Shown here: positions 38,391 through 48,688 of the stretch, piece by piece
Numbering within the stretch: position 1 is the first letter of the stretch
Layout of the letters: each line of letters opens with the position of its first letter
DNA from: Candidatus Atribacteria bacterium UBA6251
Lineage (GTDB): Bacteria; Atribacterota; Phoenicimicrobiia; Phoenicimicrobiales; Phoenicimicrobiaceae
Reading direction: 5' to 3'
Length of the DNA: 64,000 nt
NCBI GenBank assembly: GCA_002441285.1
Contig: DJVR01000034.1
Location: 3,369 to 67,368, forward strand
Translations under genes and position numbers: made by a program
The notes under the pieces: generated by a model
Databases searched by the model: none
Seen by the model: only the letters and a program-made list of their open reading frames with translations
What the model was told of the DNA's origin: nothing

Positions 38391-38816
38391 TTAAAAATCG
38401 TTTTCATTAGTTTTTATTTTTACAATAGCTTTACGAACTACAAAAATGCGTTCATTATTATCTTCCGGGTCAAGGGGAAAGACAAAAAATCCATCTTCAT
38501 ATCTTCCAAAATTATAACAGGTGCCATAGATCTCTTCCCCATCTTCAAAAAAAATAACTACTTTTTTTTGACTGGGTGTTACCTTGAATCTTTCATCATC
38601 AAAGTTTCTTACTTTCTGATAATCTTTATTACCGAAAAAATCTTTAACAAAAAAGATTGCTTTTAGGGGAGCAAATACGAGATTAAGAGTCTCCTTTGAG
38701 CTATATTCCATCAAGGGGTAAAGGGTAAAGAAATGACGTTCCGGACTAAAATCTTCTACCCAACCTTTAATAATTTCTCCATTTTTATATTTTACTACTA
38801 CCTTCTTTTTCAACAT
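38391..38816 (-). CDS. DUF6982-like protein (paralog)
   Basis: Clear paralog of 37880-38332 (LKAIFFVKDF.GNKDYQKVR, DNNERIFVV). Confidence 0.7.
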   Translation of the reverse strand: MLKKKVVVKYKNGEIIKGWVEDFSPERHFFTLYPLMEYSSKETLNLVFAPLKAIFFVKDFFGNKDYQKVRNFDDERFKVTPSQKKVVIFFEDGEEIYGTCYNFGRYEDGFFVFPLDPEDNNERIFVVRKAIVKIKTNENDF

Positions 38817-38826
38817 AGCAAATTTC

Positions 38827-39543
38827 CTAAAGCTTAATATTTTTTAATTCCTTTCTTAAGGACTTAATGGCTTCTTTTTTAATGCGAGAAACCTGCTTCT
38901 GAGAAAGATCTAGAGCCTGAGCGGTTTTGGTCTGAGTTAAATCTTTAAGGAAGATATAATTAACCACTTTACGCTGGATATCTTTTAATTTGTTTAGAGC
39001 CATTTCTAAGGTAATTAAATCTTCTATAGGTAATTTAAAGCTCTGATAATGATCATTCTTTATTTTAGAAATAACCGGTAAATCCCGGTAGTCATACATT
39101 CTATTTTCCTGGTCAATAGAAACAGTATGCACTGCTTCCCTAGCCTTTAAAATCTCTTTTACTCCTTCTTCGGTAAGATTGAATTGAGCAGCAATTTGTT
39201 TAAGAGAAGGCATTTGGTTATTTTCTTTTTTGTATTTAAGAATATACTGATCGATTTTTTTATTTAATTCCATTACCCAGTGAGGAATTTTTATAGTTTG
39301 ATGCTTGTCCCGAATATAATGACGAATCTCTCCCGAGATAAGCCAGGAGGCATAAGTTTCAAATTTTACCTTCCGGGCTGGATCATAAAGGTTTAAGGCA
39401 TTAATTAATCCAATATAACCTACCTGCTCTAAATCCTCCAAAGGTTCTCCAGAATTGATAAATTTAGCTGCAATACTACGCACTAAAGGTTTATATTTTA
39501 AAATTATTTCATCATTTATTTCTTGAGTAGTTGACATTACCAC
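38827..39543 (-). CDS. Group 3 sigma factor, SigB/SigF/SigG-like
   Basis: Region 2 EPLEDLEQVGYIGL..FETYA..I.GEIRHYIRD and region 4 TQ...A..L.LSQKQVSRI. Confidence 0.9.
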   Translation of the reverse strand: MVMSTTQEINDEIILKYKPLVRSIAAKFINSGEPLEDLEQVGYIGLINALNLYDPARKVKFETYASWLISGEIRHYIRDKHQTIKIPHWVMELNKKIDQYILKYKKENNQMPSLKQIAAQFNLTEEGVKEILKAREAVHTVSIDQENRMYDYRDLPVISKIKNDHYQSFKLPIEDLITLEMALNKLKDIQRKVVNYIFLKDLTQTKTAQALDLSQKQVSRIKKEAIKSLRKELKNIKL

Positions 39544-39594
39544 AAACTCATCATCCTTTTTTAAATTTACCCTTAAAAAAAGATTTTTTGGGGG

Positions 39595-40290
39595 TTATTC
39601 TTTTTCTAATTCTTCCTTTAAATCTTCCAGAGTCCTTTTTTTAATTCGAGAAACTTGCCGTTGACTCAAACCCAGTTTCTGCGCTACTTTGGTTTCGGTT
39701 AAATCCATTTCAAAAAGATAATAAATTACTTTTTTTTGAATATTTTTTAATTTTTGCACTGCCATCTGTAAGGTGATAATATCTTCAATAGGCAATCTAA
39801 AAGTTTGATAGTTTGTACTTTTGATACTACCAATTTTAGGAAAACTATCAGTTAATTCCACATTTCCATCTTTTTGGTCTAGAGAAATAGTCTTTGCAAG
39901 ATTATAAATTTTAAGAATTTCTTTTATTCCTTCTTCCGCAATATTAAATTTTTTTGATATTTCGCTTAAAGAAGGATCAGTTTTATTTTCTTCTTGATAA
40001 AAGAAGATATATTCATTAATTCTTTTATTCAACTTTCTCATCCATTCTGGTATTTTTATAGCTGATTTTTTATCTCTTAGATAATGTTGTATTTCACCAG
40101 AGATAAGCCAGGAAGCATAAGTCTCAAATTTAACCTTCTTAGCAGGATTATAAAGATTATAAGCATTAATCAGACCAATATAACCTACCTGTTCTAAATC
40201 TTCCAGAGGTTCTCCTGTATATTTAAATTTAGCGGCAATTCTTTTAACCAATGGTCGGTATTTTTCAATCTGTTTATCATTTATTTTCAC
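39595..40290 (-). CDS. Group 3 sigma factor, SigB/SigF/SigG-like (paralog)
   Basis: Same region 2 and region 4 motifs; GTG start. Confidence 0.9.
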   Translation of the reverse strand: MKINDKQIEKYRPLVKRIAAKFKYTGEPLEDLEQVGYIGLINAYNLYNPAKKVKFETYASWLISGEIQHYLRDKKSAIKIPEWMRKLNKRINEYIFFYQEENKTDPSLSEISKKFNIAEEGIKEILKIYNLAKTISLDQKDGNVELTDSFPKIGSIKSTNYQTFRLPIEDIITLQMAVQKLKNIQKKVIYYLFEMDLTETKVAQKLGLSQRQVSRIKKRTLEDLKEELEKE

Positions 40291-40404
40291 CGCTTTTTAC
40301 ACCTTTATATTATCTAATTAATCTCTTTAATTTAAGGCTAGAAAGTTGATATGTTTTTTTAAAAAGTTTATTGCTTTATCAGTATAAAAAATCTTAACCA
40401 ACTA

Positions 40405-41616
40405 TTATTTTATTAAATTAACCATATTAAAGATGGGTAAATACATCGCAATAATCATTACTCCAACTGTACCGCCAATGACTAACATCATCAAAGGTTC
40501 AATAATGGAAGTTAATCTTTCCACACTGCGATCTACTTCTTCGTCATAGAATTTAGAGACATTGATCAACATTTCTTCTAACTCTCCACTCTCTTCACCT
40601 ACTAGAATCATCTGGGTAACCATAGGTGGAAATACACCGCTGGCAGCCAAAGGAGAGGAAATACTCTGACCTTCTTTTATTCTGGTTTTAGCTCCCAATA
40701 CTGCCTTAGAGATAACCAGATTACCGATAGCATTAGAAGAAACGGTTAAGGCTTCAATGATAGGAACACCGCTCTTGATTAAGGTACCTAAGATACGGGA
40801 AAACCTAGAAATAGCACTTTTACGGTTAATATCCCCTATAATAGGAGCATTTAACTTAAATCGATCAAAGTTTTGTCTTCCATTAGGAGTTTTAATATAG
40901 GCATATAAGCCAAAACTTAGAGCAATGATTAAACCAAAAAATAAATACCAGAATTTTCTAAACAAAATGGTTAGGGTTACAAAAAAATTAGTAAGAGCGG
41001 GAAGCTCTCCTCCAAACTGAGCGAATATTCCTACAAATTGTGGCAGGACAAAGGTAAGCATAAAGATAGCCATCAGAACAGCTGCTCCAATGATAAAGCT
41101 AGGATAACTCATTGCGGATCTGATCTTCTGCCTTAGGGCAAATTCTTTTTCCATTAAATCTGCAATCTTATTTAAAATTTCATCCAGAACCCCTCCTACC
41201 TCACCAGCTTTTATCATACTGATATATAATTCGGAAAATACGTTGGGGTGCTTAGCCATAGCATCAGCCAAGGTTGAACCACCTTCTACGTCAGTTTTAA
41301 CTGTGTTGATAATTCTGGACAAGGCTTTATTTTCTACTTGCTCAGTTAATATATTTAAAGAATTTACTAAAGTCAAACCAGCATTAACCATAGTAGCAAA
41401 CTGACGGTAAAAAATAGTTAAATCCCGAAATTTGATCCGATTAAAGAGAGATATCTCAACAGATAGAAATGTACTTTTTCTTTTTTCTTGAATGGAAGAA
41501 ATAAAATAATTCATTTCCCTTAGACGAGAGACTACGGCTGATTTGTTTTCTCCCTCCATTGTTCCGGTAAAAATTTTACCTGATCTATCTCTAACTTTAT
41601 ACACAAAAGTAGCCAT
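40405..41616 (-). CDS. pilC: Type IV pilus platform protein PilC (GspF family)
   Basis: FYRQFATMVNAG, AGEVGGVL, GEESGEL and IAMYLPIF motifs. Confidence 0.95.
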   Translation of the reverse strand: MATFVYKVRDRSGKIFTGTMEGENKSAVVSRLREMNYFISSIQEKRKSTFLSVEISLFNRIKFRDLTIFYRQFATMVNAGLTLVNSLNILTEQVENKALSRIINTVKTDVEGGSTLADAMAKHPNVFSELYISMIKAGEVGGVLDEILNKIADLMEKEFALRQKIRSAMSYPSFIIGAAVLMAIFMLTFVLPQFVGIFAQFGGELPALTNFFVTLTILFRKFWYLFFGLIIALSFGLYAYIKTPNGRQNFDRFKLNAPIIGDINRKSAISRFSRILGTLIKSGVPIIEALTVSSNAIGNLVISKAVLGAKTRIKEGQSISSPLAASGVFPPMVTQMILVGEESGELEEMLINVSKFYDEEVDRSVERLTSIIEPLMMLVIGGTVGVMIIAMYLPIFNMVNLIK

Positions 41617-41832
41617 TTAGTACATATTCACCTCGCTTTTCCTTAGTCTCTAGTAAAGAGTGTCGAGAGAAAATTAAAATAAATAATTTTTTAGATCAAT
41701 CTGAATGATAATTTCTTGATTAATTTTACTACCATTCTAATAGTTAGTGTATTTTAATTTTACAGTTATTTTTAAATCTTTGTGTTTCTTTCTTTACTAT
41801 ATACTGAATATGGGTACTCAATATTATATTAT

Positions 41833-42978
41833 TTATACTTTGATAATTTCTTTTAGAACATTGATTATTTTTGGGTCATATTTTTTCCCGGTAAAAGAGA
41901 AAAATCTTTTTAATGCTTCTTTGTCGGGTAAAGAATTTTCTACATAATTATTCTTGCTATTATTATAAAGTATATTAGTAAAATCTTCAACCACAGCTAT
42001 AATCCGAGAAGCAAGAGGGATTTCTTCTCCTTTTAGCCCCTTGGGATAACCTGATCCGTCATAATTTTCGTGATGATGGAGGATAATGGGTGCTAAATCT
42101 TTGAATAAATGTATCTGTTTAAGCATATTTGCTCCAATTATAGGATGCATACTTATTTCTTTTTGAATTATAGGAGTTAGGTTTTCTCTTGGTCTTGGTT
42201 TGAAGCTAAGATCTATTTTATGGTTAGTTTTTAATTTACCAATATTATGTAAAAGTGCGGCATAATATAAGTTATTATATTCTTTCCCGACTATTCCTAA
42301 TTTATTACCAACCTGGGTAGCTAATCGTGCTACTTGCATAAAATAGCCTTTGGGACCAAGAGGGTCACTCTCTATGGCTTGAATCAATATCTCCATAATA
42401 TTTACAAAATAATTATTTAAATCTCTGATAATATTAGCATTTCTTAAAACGACTACAGCTTGATTAGCAAAAGAGGTTAAGGTCTGTTCATCATTTTTAT
42501 CGAAAAGTTTATTCTCTTTTTTATTGACTACCTCCATTACCCCTAATATTTCTTTCTCTAATATTAAAGGCACACAAATAATTGATTTAGTTTTAAATTT
42601 TGTTTTTTCATCAAATATTTTCTTCCATCGCTTATCTTTGGATACATCATTAACTATCAGAGAAATACCATTTTCAGCAACCCATCCAGCAATTCCTTCT
42701 CCAACTTTAACTTTATAGCCTCTTATTTCCTTGCTCTTTTTACCTAAACTTGCTTGAAAAGATAATTCTCTTTTCTCTTGGTCTAACAGCAATATAGAAG
42801 CAGCTTCTCCTTCTACGATTATAGTGGCATAATTAATTATCTTGTTTAACAAAATATCTAAATCTATAGTATGGGTTAAATCAAAAGTTATTTTATTTAA
42901 GGCATCTAATTGTAATAACTTCTTTTTGAGTTCACTAAATTTGTTATCTTCAACTATATTATTTTTATCATCAATCAT
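41833..42978 (-). CDS. GAF + degenerate HD-GYP domain protein
   Basis: GAF motifs (GEGIAGWV, SIICVPL, NK..F...D); HHENYDGSGYP is intact but the HD dyad reads HN. Confidence 0.88.
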   Translation of the reverse strand: MIDDKNNIVEDNKFSELKKKLLQLDALNKITFDLTHTIDLDILLNKIINYATIIVEGEAASILLLDQEKRELSFQASLGKKSKEIRGYKVKVGEGIAGWVAENGISLIVNDVSKDKRWKKIFDEKTKFKTKSIICVPLILEKEILGVMEVVNKKENKLFDKNDEQTLTSFANQAVVVLRNANIIRDLNNYFVNIMEILIQAIESDPLGPKGYFMQVARLATQVGNKLGIVGKEYNNLYYAALLHNIGKLKTNHKIDLSFKPRPRENLTPIIQKEISMHPIIGANMLKQIHLFKDLAPIILHHHENYDGSGYPKGLKGEEIPLASRIIAVVEDFTNILYNNSKNNYVENSLPDKEALKRFFSFTGKKYDPKIINVLKEIIKV

Positions 42979-43000
42979 TTTAATTCACCTCAATTAACTT

Positions 43001-44722
43001 TTAGGAGGTAACTACTCTTAAAACTTCGCTTATGGTAGTAATCCCTGCACAAACTTTTTTTATACCATCCTCCTTTAAGGTACACATACCTTCTTCAAGT
43101 GCAACTTCCTTAAGTTTTTTATTGTTTACGTTCTTAGTAATCAATTCTCTTATAGTGTCAGTGATAATCATTAACTCGAAGAGGGCAATTCTACCCTTAT
43201 ATCCTGTGTGCTTACAATTAGAACACCCTTCACCTTGGTATAAAGTTATCTCCGAACTTCTTATCTCATAGTCATTCATTATTTCTTGTATTTCGGGAGT
43301 TACTTCTAATACTTTTTTACATTGGGGGCAGATTCTTCTTACCAATCTTTGCGCAATAATACCAATTACTGAAGAAGAGATTAGAAATGGTTCAATTCCC
43401 ATATCGATTAATCTTATCACTGAACCGGGAGCATCGTTAGTATGTAGAGTACTTAGCACTAAATGCCCGGTAAGTGCTGCCTGGACTGCAATTTCGGCAG
43501 TTTCTTTATCTCTAATCTCTCCTACTAGCATAATATCAGGGTCCTGACGCAAAAAACTTCTTAAACCTGCCGCAAAAGTAAGTCCTATTTTTGGTTTAGC
43601 TTGAATCTGACTAATTCCCTTTAATCTATATTCTACTGGGTCTTCAATAGTCATAATCTTTTTTTCACTGGAATTCAATAAATTTAAAGCGGTATATAGG
43701 GTAGTAGATTTTCCACTTCCAGTAGGACCAGTAACCAGAATAATACCATTTGGCTTACTAATTAAAGAAACAAATTTGGGAAGAATATCTTTGGACAAAC
43801 CTAAAGAGTCTAAGTCTAATAAAATGCTCGCTGGATCTAAGATTCTTAATACTACACTCTCTCCATTTACAGTAGGGATAGTAGAAACTCTAATATTTAT
43901 ATTTCTTCCCCCCACTTTAACTTGAATTCTACCATCTTGCGGTAATCTTCTTTCGGCAATATCTAAATCAGACATTATTTTTATTCTAGAAATAACAGCT
44001 AAATGTAAATTTTTGGGTAGGGTCATTACATCGATTAATATCCCATCAATGCGATAACGCACTCTAAGGCTTTCTTCTCCAAATAATTCTATATGAATAT
44101 CACTGGCTTTCTCTTTAACTGCTCTCAAAATAATCAGATTAACCAGGGCAATTACTGGCGCTTCTTCGCTTTTACTTACTTCCGCAATATCACTAATTTC
44201 TTTTTCATCTTCTTTTAAAACGGTAACTTGCATATTTTCCAGTTTACCAATTACCTGATCCCATTCTTCCGTAATTCCATATACTTCATCTAAAGCTCGA
44301 TTAATATCTTCACCAAAAGCTAATACCGAATCAATATCATATCCTAATCTAATTTTTAATTCATCATGCGCAAAAACATCTAAAGGGTTTGCCATAGCTA
44401 CCAGTAATCTGTCTCTCTCTTTATCAATAGCAATAAGCTGATGTCTTCTAGACATCTCTTCAGGAATTAAGACTACTATGGTAGGATCAATATTTATTTC
44501 ATTTAAATTTACGTATTTTACCCCAATTTCATCAGCTAAAGCAAGCATCATTTCGTCTTTTTTAAGTATACCCAAATCAATAATTACCTTTTGTAATTCA
44601 TTACCACTATTTTTTTGAATTTTAATAATTCTATCTAATTGCTCATCATTGATTAAATTTCTCTTATATAAGATATCTAACAGGAAATTGCCCGTGATAC
44701 TTTTACTTATGTTTTTTTTCAT
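43001..44722 (-). CDS. pilB: Type IV pilus extension ATPase PilB (degenerate MshEN motif)
   Basis: ASDIH, ERRLPQDG, GPTGSGKS, LRQDPD, GHLVLSTLHTN and a tetra-Cys zinc motif; ATG at 44722 after GAGGA. Confidence 0.92.
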   Translation of the reverse strand: MKKNISKSITGNFLLDILYKRNLINDEQLDRIIKIQKNSGNELQKVIIDLGILKKDEMMLALADEIGVKYVNLNEINIDPTIVVLIPEEMSRRHQLIAIDKERDRLLVAMANPLDVFAHDELKIRLGYDIDSVLAFGEDINRALDEVYGITEEWDQVIGKLENMQVTVLKEDEKEISDIAEVSKSEEAPVIALVNLIILRAVKEKASDIHIELFGEESLRVRYRIDGILIDVMTLPKNLHLAVISRIKIMSDLDIAERRLPQDGRIQVKVGGRNINIRVSTIPTVNGESVVLRILDPASILLDLDSLGLSKDILPKFVSLISKPNGIILVTGPTGSGKSTTLYTALNLLNSSEKKIMTIEDPVEYRLKGISQIQAKPKIGLTFAAGLRSFLRQDPDIMLVGEIRDKETAEIAVQAALTGHLVLSTLHTNDAPGSVIRLIDMGIEPFLISSSVIGIIAQRLVRRICPQCKKVLEVTPEIQEIMNDYEIRSSEITLYQGEGCSNCKHTGYKGRIALFELMIITDTIRELITKNVNNKKLKEVALEEGMCTLKEDGIKKVCAGITTISEVLRVVTS

Positions 44723-44756
44723 TCTTCCTCTCCTAATGAATGCAAAGTGCAATATT

Positions 44757-45518
44757 TTATCTCATTTTTAAAACTAATCCGATAAAAATAGCCAGTGAAG
44801 TATTAATAATTCTTTTTAAATTATATACCTTTTCTATCTTTTCTGCACTTATTTGGTAATAAATAAAGTTAGCTATTATAAAACCTATAAAAATAATGGC
44901 TATATATTTATCATCTAAATATTGAGTTGAGATAGTTAATAATAAACGATAAGATTTATCGATGGTCTGATTTTCTGGTATTTTAATCTTTATTTTTTTG
45001 GGTACTAATGATGTAAGAGATTTATCTGTAATATCTTCTTTTTCTTTAATATGCAAAAGTAAAATAGGAATAAAAAATACTGAAATAATATATCCGCTTA
45101 AATTGATAATAAATATATCATTATTATAAAATTCTATTAAATAATTTAAAAAAGTACTATTAAAGTTATAATTTAAAAAATAATTTTTATTAAAAATAAT
45201 ACTCAGGATAAAAATTATTCCCAGATGCAAGATTTGATCAAATAAAAAAATTCCTATTGTCAGATTATTATCTTTTTTTGAATGTTCTAATTTTACTTTA
45301 TCAATAATAGTATGGGAAATAAAAATAATCATAAGAAGCAAAATATAGGAAAATTCTTCTAAATAGGGAAAGGTTAAGAGAACAGAAAAGATTAATACTA
45401 TCAGACTATGCAGTAAAACTCCCCATTCAGTATTCATTTTTATATTGAATATTTGCTTGGTTTGTAAAGGAAAATCAGCAATTATATGCGCCAATAACAA
45501 TCTATAAAATAGTGACAT
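44757..45518 (-). CDS. DUF3307-like membrane protein
   Basis: LAHIIADFPLQ, H..ID..K and DQILH motifs. Confidence 0.75.
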   Translation of the reverse strand: MSLFYRLLLAHIIADFPLQTKQIFNIKMNTEWGVLLHSLIVLIFSVLLTFPYLEEFSYILLLMIIFISHTIIDKVKLEHSKKDNNLTIGIFLFDQILHLGIIFILSIIFNKNYFLNYNFNSTFLNYLIEFYNNDIFIINLSGYIISVFFIPILLLHIKEKEDITDKSLTSLVPKKIKIKIPENQTIDKSYRLLLTISTQYLDDKYIAIIFIGFIIANFIYYQISAEKIEKVYNLKRIINTSLAIFIGLVLKMR

Positions 45519-45816
45519 TTGGCAAATTCTCCAAATTCAACAATTCTATGGCTTTCTATATTGTTACTTATAGTAAGGGAAGTTTAGTAATATAAACATA
45601 TTTAGTTAAATCCACTGGTAATTGGGAATAAATTTTTATTAATTTGATATTAATCTATTACAGCTAGGTTAGAAAATAAATTTAGAATTTTAATAAAATA
45701 TTATTTTGTTTACTCCTCCCTTCCCTAACTAACTGGTTTACAAATTATCTGTGTACTTCTAAAGTAAGGTGTGAAGTGTATATTTTTAAAAATTGTTAAT
45801 GTGATTAACCTAAAAT

Positions 45817-46350
45817 TCATTTAGGCCAGTCACCGTTTTCCAGATTAATTAAATTTCTTTTCAACCAGTAAGAAAGAATAATTCTTTCAAAATTACGCTT
45901 AAAAAATGTTCCTATCGAATCTCTATTGATGATAGGTTTAACTAAAATAGTGGTAAGTTTTAACCTGTTTCCTCCCCAGATATCGGTAAAAATCTGATCA
46001 CCGATTACTACGGTCTCTTTTTTTTCTGTTTTTAATATTTTTAGACCATTTAAAAAAGGTGTATTACAAGGTTTAAAAAATTTTGAATAGTAAGGAATAT
46101 TCAAAAATTTGGCAAATTTCTCGACTCTTTTTGATTTGGTATTAGAAACTATGCAAAGCTTAAATTCTAATTTTTTCGCTTCATTAACCCAATTAATAAC
46201 CTTCTGGTCTATTTTATTACCTCCCCAAGCCACCAAAGTATTATCTAAATCAATAATAATGCCTTTTATTCTCTGCTTTTCTTTTAACTTTTTTAAATCT
46301 ATATTATAAATTGAATTGACATAAACCTTCGGTTTGAATATTTCAAACAA
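45817..46350 (-). CDS. yqeG: YqeG family HAD IIIA phosphatase
   Basis: DLDNTL, VSN, KP and IGDQIFTDIWGGNR motifs. Confidence 0.88.
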   Translation of the reverse strand: MFEIFKPKVYVNSIYNIDLKKLKEKQRIKGIIIDLDNTLVAWGGNKIDQKVINWVNEAKKLEFKLCIVSNTKSKRVEKFAKFLNIPYYSKFFKPCNTPFLNGLKILKTEKKETVVIGDQIFTDIWGGNRLKLTTILVKPIINRDSIGTFFKRNFERIILSYWLKRNLINLENGDWPK

Positions 46351-46590
46351 TTCTTTATCCTCTTTTTAGATTTTTATAAATAGTAGCTTGTTTTTAGAAA
46401 ACGTTTTCTAATCTCCTAATAAATAGATTATATTATTTTTGAAAAATTACTTCTCACTTTTTTAGTTCGCTATGGCCTTATAAAAATAAAGGGATGCAGT
46501 ATTATTAAATTATTGCACCATTAAATTTGTAAGGAATTTTGACTATTAGTAAAAGATCATTTGCTGACTTCTAATGATTAGGTGCTAAAA

Positions 46591-47202
46591 CTAGGCGATA
46601 GATTTTATTTTGCTTACAATTATATCAATAGCAACGTCATTTAATCCACCCTGAGGTATAATAATATCTGCATAGCGTTTAGAGGGTTCTACAAATTGTA
46701 AAAACATTGGCTTTACTATATTTAAATATTGGTTAATTACAGATTCCATAGTTCGCCCTCTTTCTTTGGTGTCTCTTAATAATCTCCGAATAAACCGTTC
46801 GTCCTCATCTGCATCTACAAAAATTTTTATATCAAGAAGTTCCCTAATTCTCTCTTCTTCCAGAACCATTATACCTTCCAGGATAATAATATCCTTTGGG
46901 ATTACCTTCTCTACTTCCTTTTTTCTTGTATAATCAGTAAAAGAATAGATGGGTTTTTCAATCTCTTCTTTTTTAATTAGTTTTTTTAGATGGGCTATTA
47001 GTAGGTCATTATCAAAAGCAGAAGGATGATCAAAATTAACTTTCTTTCTTTCTTCCAGAGGAATATGGCTTAAATCTTTATAATAAGCATCTTGTTCTAA
47101 AACTAAAACATTCTTTCCTTTCAAACTTTCATATATTCGATAAGCAACAGTAGTCTTTCCTGAACCAGTTCCCCCGGCAATTCCAATTATTAATGTTTTC
47201 AT
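46591..47202 (-). CDS. udk: Uridine kinase
   Basis: [16 protein letters not shown] and [11 protein letters not shown] at 47202 after AGGAGG. Confidence 0.95.
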   Translation of the reverse strand: MKTLIIGIAGGTGSGKTTVAYRIYESLKGKNVLVLEQDAYYKDLSHIPLEERKKVNFDHPSAFDNDLLIAHLKKLIKKEEIEKPIYSFTDYTRKKEVEKVIPKDIIILEGIMVLEEERIRELLDIKIFVDADEDERFIRRLLRDTKERGRTMESVINQYLNIVKPMFLQFVEPSKRYADIIIPQGGLNDVAIDIIVSKIKSIA

Positions 47203-47241
47203 ATTCCCTCCTATGTAAAAAAAAGTGCCTGGCACTTTTTT

Positions 47242-48189
47242 TTACATCTTGTTTTTGAGATGATCTTCGTAGGTCCTGGAAAAGATATGTTTTCCATCTG
47301 GACCTAAGGTGAAAAAGAGCCATTCAGTTTCAGCCGGCTCCAAAGCTGCCTTAATGGACTCCAAACCCGGGTTACAAATAGGACCAGGAGGAAGACCATA
47401 ATATAAATAGGTGTTATAGGGTGAATCAATATTTAAATCTGTATCACTTAACTTTTCTTTTGGATGACCTAAAATATATTGAATGGTAGCACAAGATTGC
47501 AATTTCATATTAATCTTTAAACGATTATAAAATACAGAAGCTATGATCTTTTTTTCTTCATCATATTTGGCTTCTCTTTCAATCAGTGATGCCATAGTAA
47601 TAACCTCTTCCCAGGACAGCTTATTTGGTCTACTTTTTTGCTGAAGGTCTTCAGTTCTTTGTTGAAAATTTTCTTGCATCAATCTATACATTTTTTCAGC
47701 TCCGTATCCTTTAGGAACTTCATAAGTATCTGGAAAAAGGTACCCTTCTCCCATATTTTTATTCTCCCTTACCAACTTTAAGAAAGATTCCTTTGAAGCA
47801 ATCTCTTTATTTTCCAATAAATCCGCGATTTGTACACAGGTATAACCTTCGGGGATAGTTATTCGATAAACTATTATCTCTCCTTTGATCATTTTCTCTA
47901 AAATCTGGCGTAGATTCATTGCGGGACTAAGATGGTATTCACCATATCTTAATTTATCTTCTAATTTAGATAATCTCAAGAATAGGGGCAAAAAATAAAT
48001 ATTTTTTCGGATAATCTGATTATCTTCTAATATTTTCACAATTTGCCTGGCATTAGCTCCAGGAGGAATAATAATAATCTTTTGTAAAAAAGAATTTTCT
48101 TCCGCAGGAAAGTAAAAAGCAGTAAGCATCAAGATAGTCAGCAATAATATTACTGAAAATAAAAAGAATAGCTTTCTAAAAAAATTCAT
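47242..48189 (-). CDS. mltG: Endolytic transglycosylase MltG
   Basis: EGYLFPDTY, ASLIEREA and SPYNTY..GLPPGPICNPG motifs. Confidence 0.95.
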   Translation of the reverse strand: MNFFRKLFFLFSVILLLTILMLTAFYFPAEENSFLQKIIIIPPGANARQIVKILEDNQIIRKNIYFLPLFLRLSKLEDKLRYGEYHLSPAMNLRQILEKMIKGEIIVYRITIPEGYTCVQIADLLENKEIASKESFLKLVRENKNMGEGYLFPDTYEVPKGYGAEKMYRLMQENFQQRTEDLQQKSRPNKLSWEEVITMASLIEREAKYDEEKKIIASVFYNRLKINMKLQSCATIQYILGHPKEKLSDTDLNIDSPYNTYLYYGLPPGPICNPGLESIKAALEPAETEWLFFTLGPDGKHIFSRTYEDHLKNKM

Positions 48190-48195
48190 CTTCCT

Positions 48196-48618
48196 TTACC
48201 TGTTATTCATCATTCTTCTATCTAAATAGGATTGTAGGATAATTACTGCTGACATTTTATCAATTACCTTTTTTCTTTTTTTTCGGCTTCTATCCATTTC
48301 AATCAAAAGTCTTTCTGCTTTAGCTGTACTTAATCTTTCATCTTCCAATTCTACCTGAATATCACAAATATTTTTTAGATTATGAGCAAAAGAAAGCACC
48401 TTTTCAGCCTGTTTACCCAAAGTTCCATTCATATTACGGGGTAAACCTAAGACTATCTTTTCTACTCCATAGTGATTGACTATATCTTTTATTTTTTCTA
48501 AATCATCTTTTTCCACAGTACAAAGAACAGTAGGTAGACCCTGGGCAGTTATACCTAATTCATCACTTATAGCCAGACCAATCCTTTTTTCTCCTAAATC
48601 TATTCCCAATATTCTCAA
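48196..48618 (-). CDS. ruvX: YqgF/RuvX family pre-16S rRNA nuclease
   Basis: GIDLGEKRIGLAISD, DERLST and AVIILQSYL; follows alaS. Confidence 0.94.
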   Translation of the reverse strand: MRILGIDLGEKRIGLAISDELGITAQGLPTVLCTVEKDDLEKIKDIVNHYGVEKIVLGLPRNMNGTLGKQAEKVLSFAHNLKNICDIQVELEDERLSTAKAERLLIEMDRSRKKRKKVIDKMSAVIILQSYLDRRMMNNR

Positions 48619-48688
48619 TCTTTAATTCTCCGCAAGCTCTTTTTAAAATTTTTAGAAAGGAAATATAACTAAAAAATATTTTAATTAT

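Noticed and set aside
38827..40290. Sporulation sigE-sigG or spoIIA locus
   Set aside because: No spoIIGA or spoIIAA/AB genes are present, the two sigmas are close paralogs of each other, and the context is a pilus locus.
45519..46590. Intergenic regions on both sides of yqeG as ncRNA or small genes
   Set aside because: AT-rich, with no recognisable RNA motif or credible ORF by eye.
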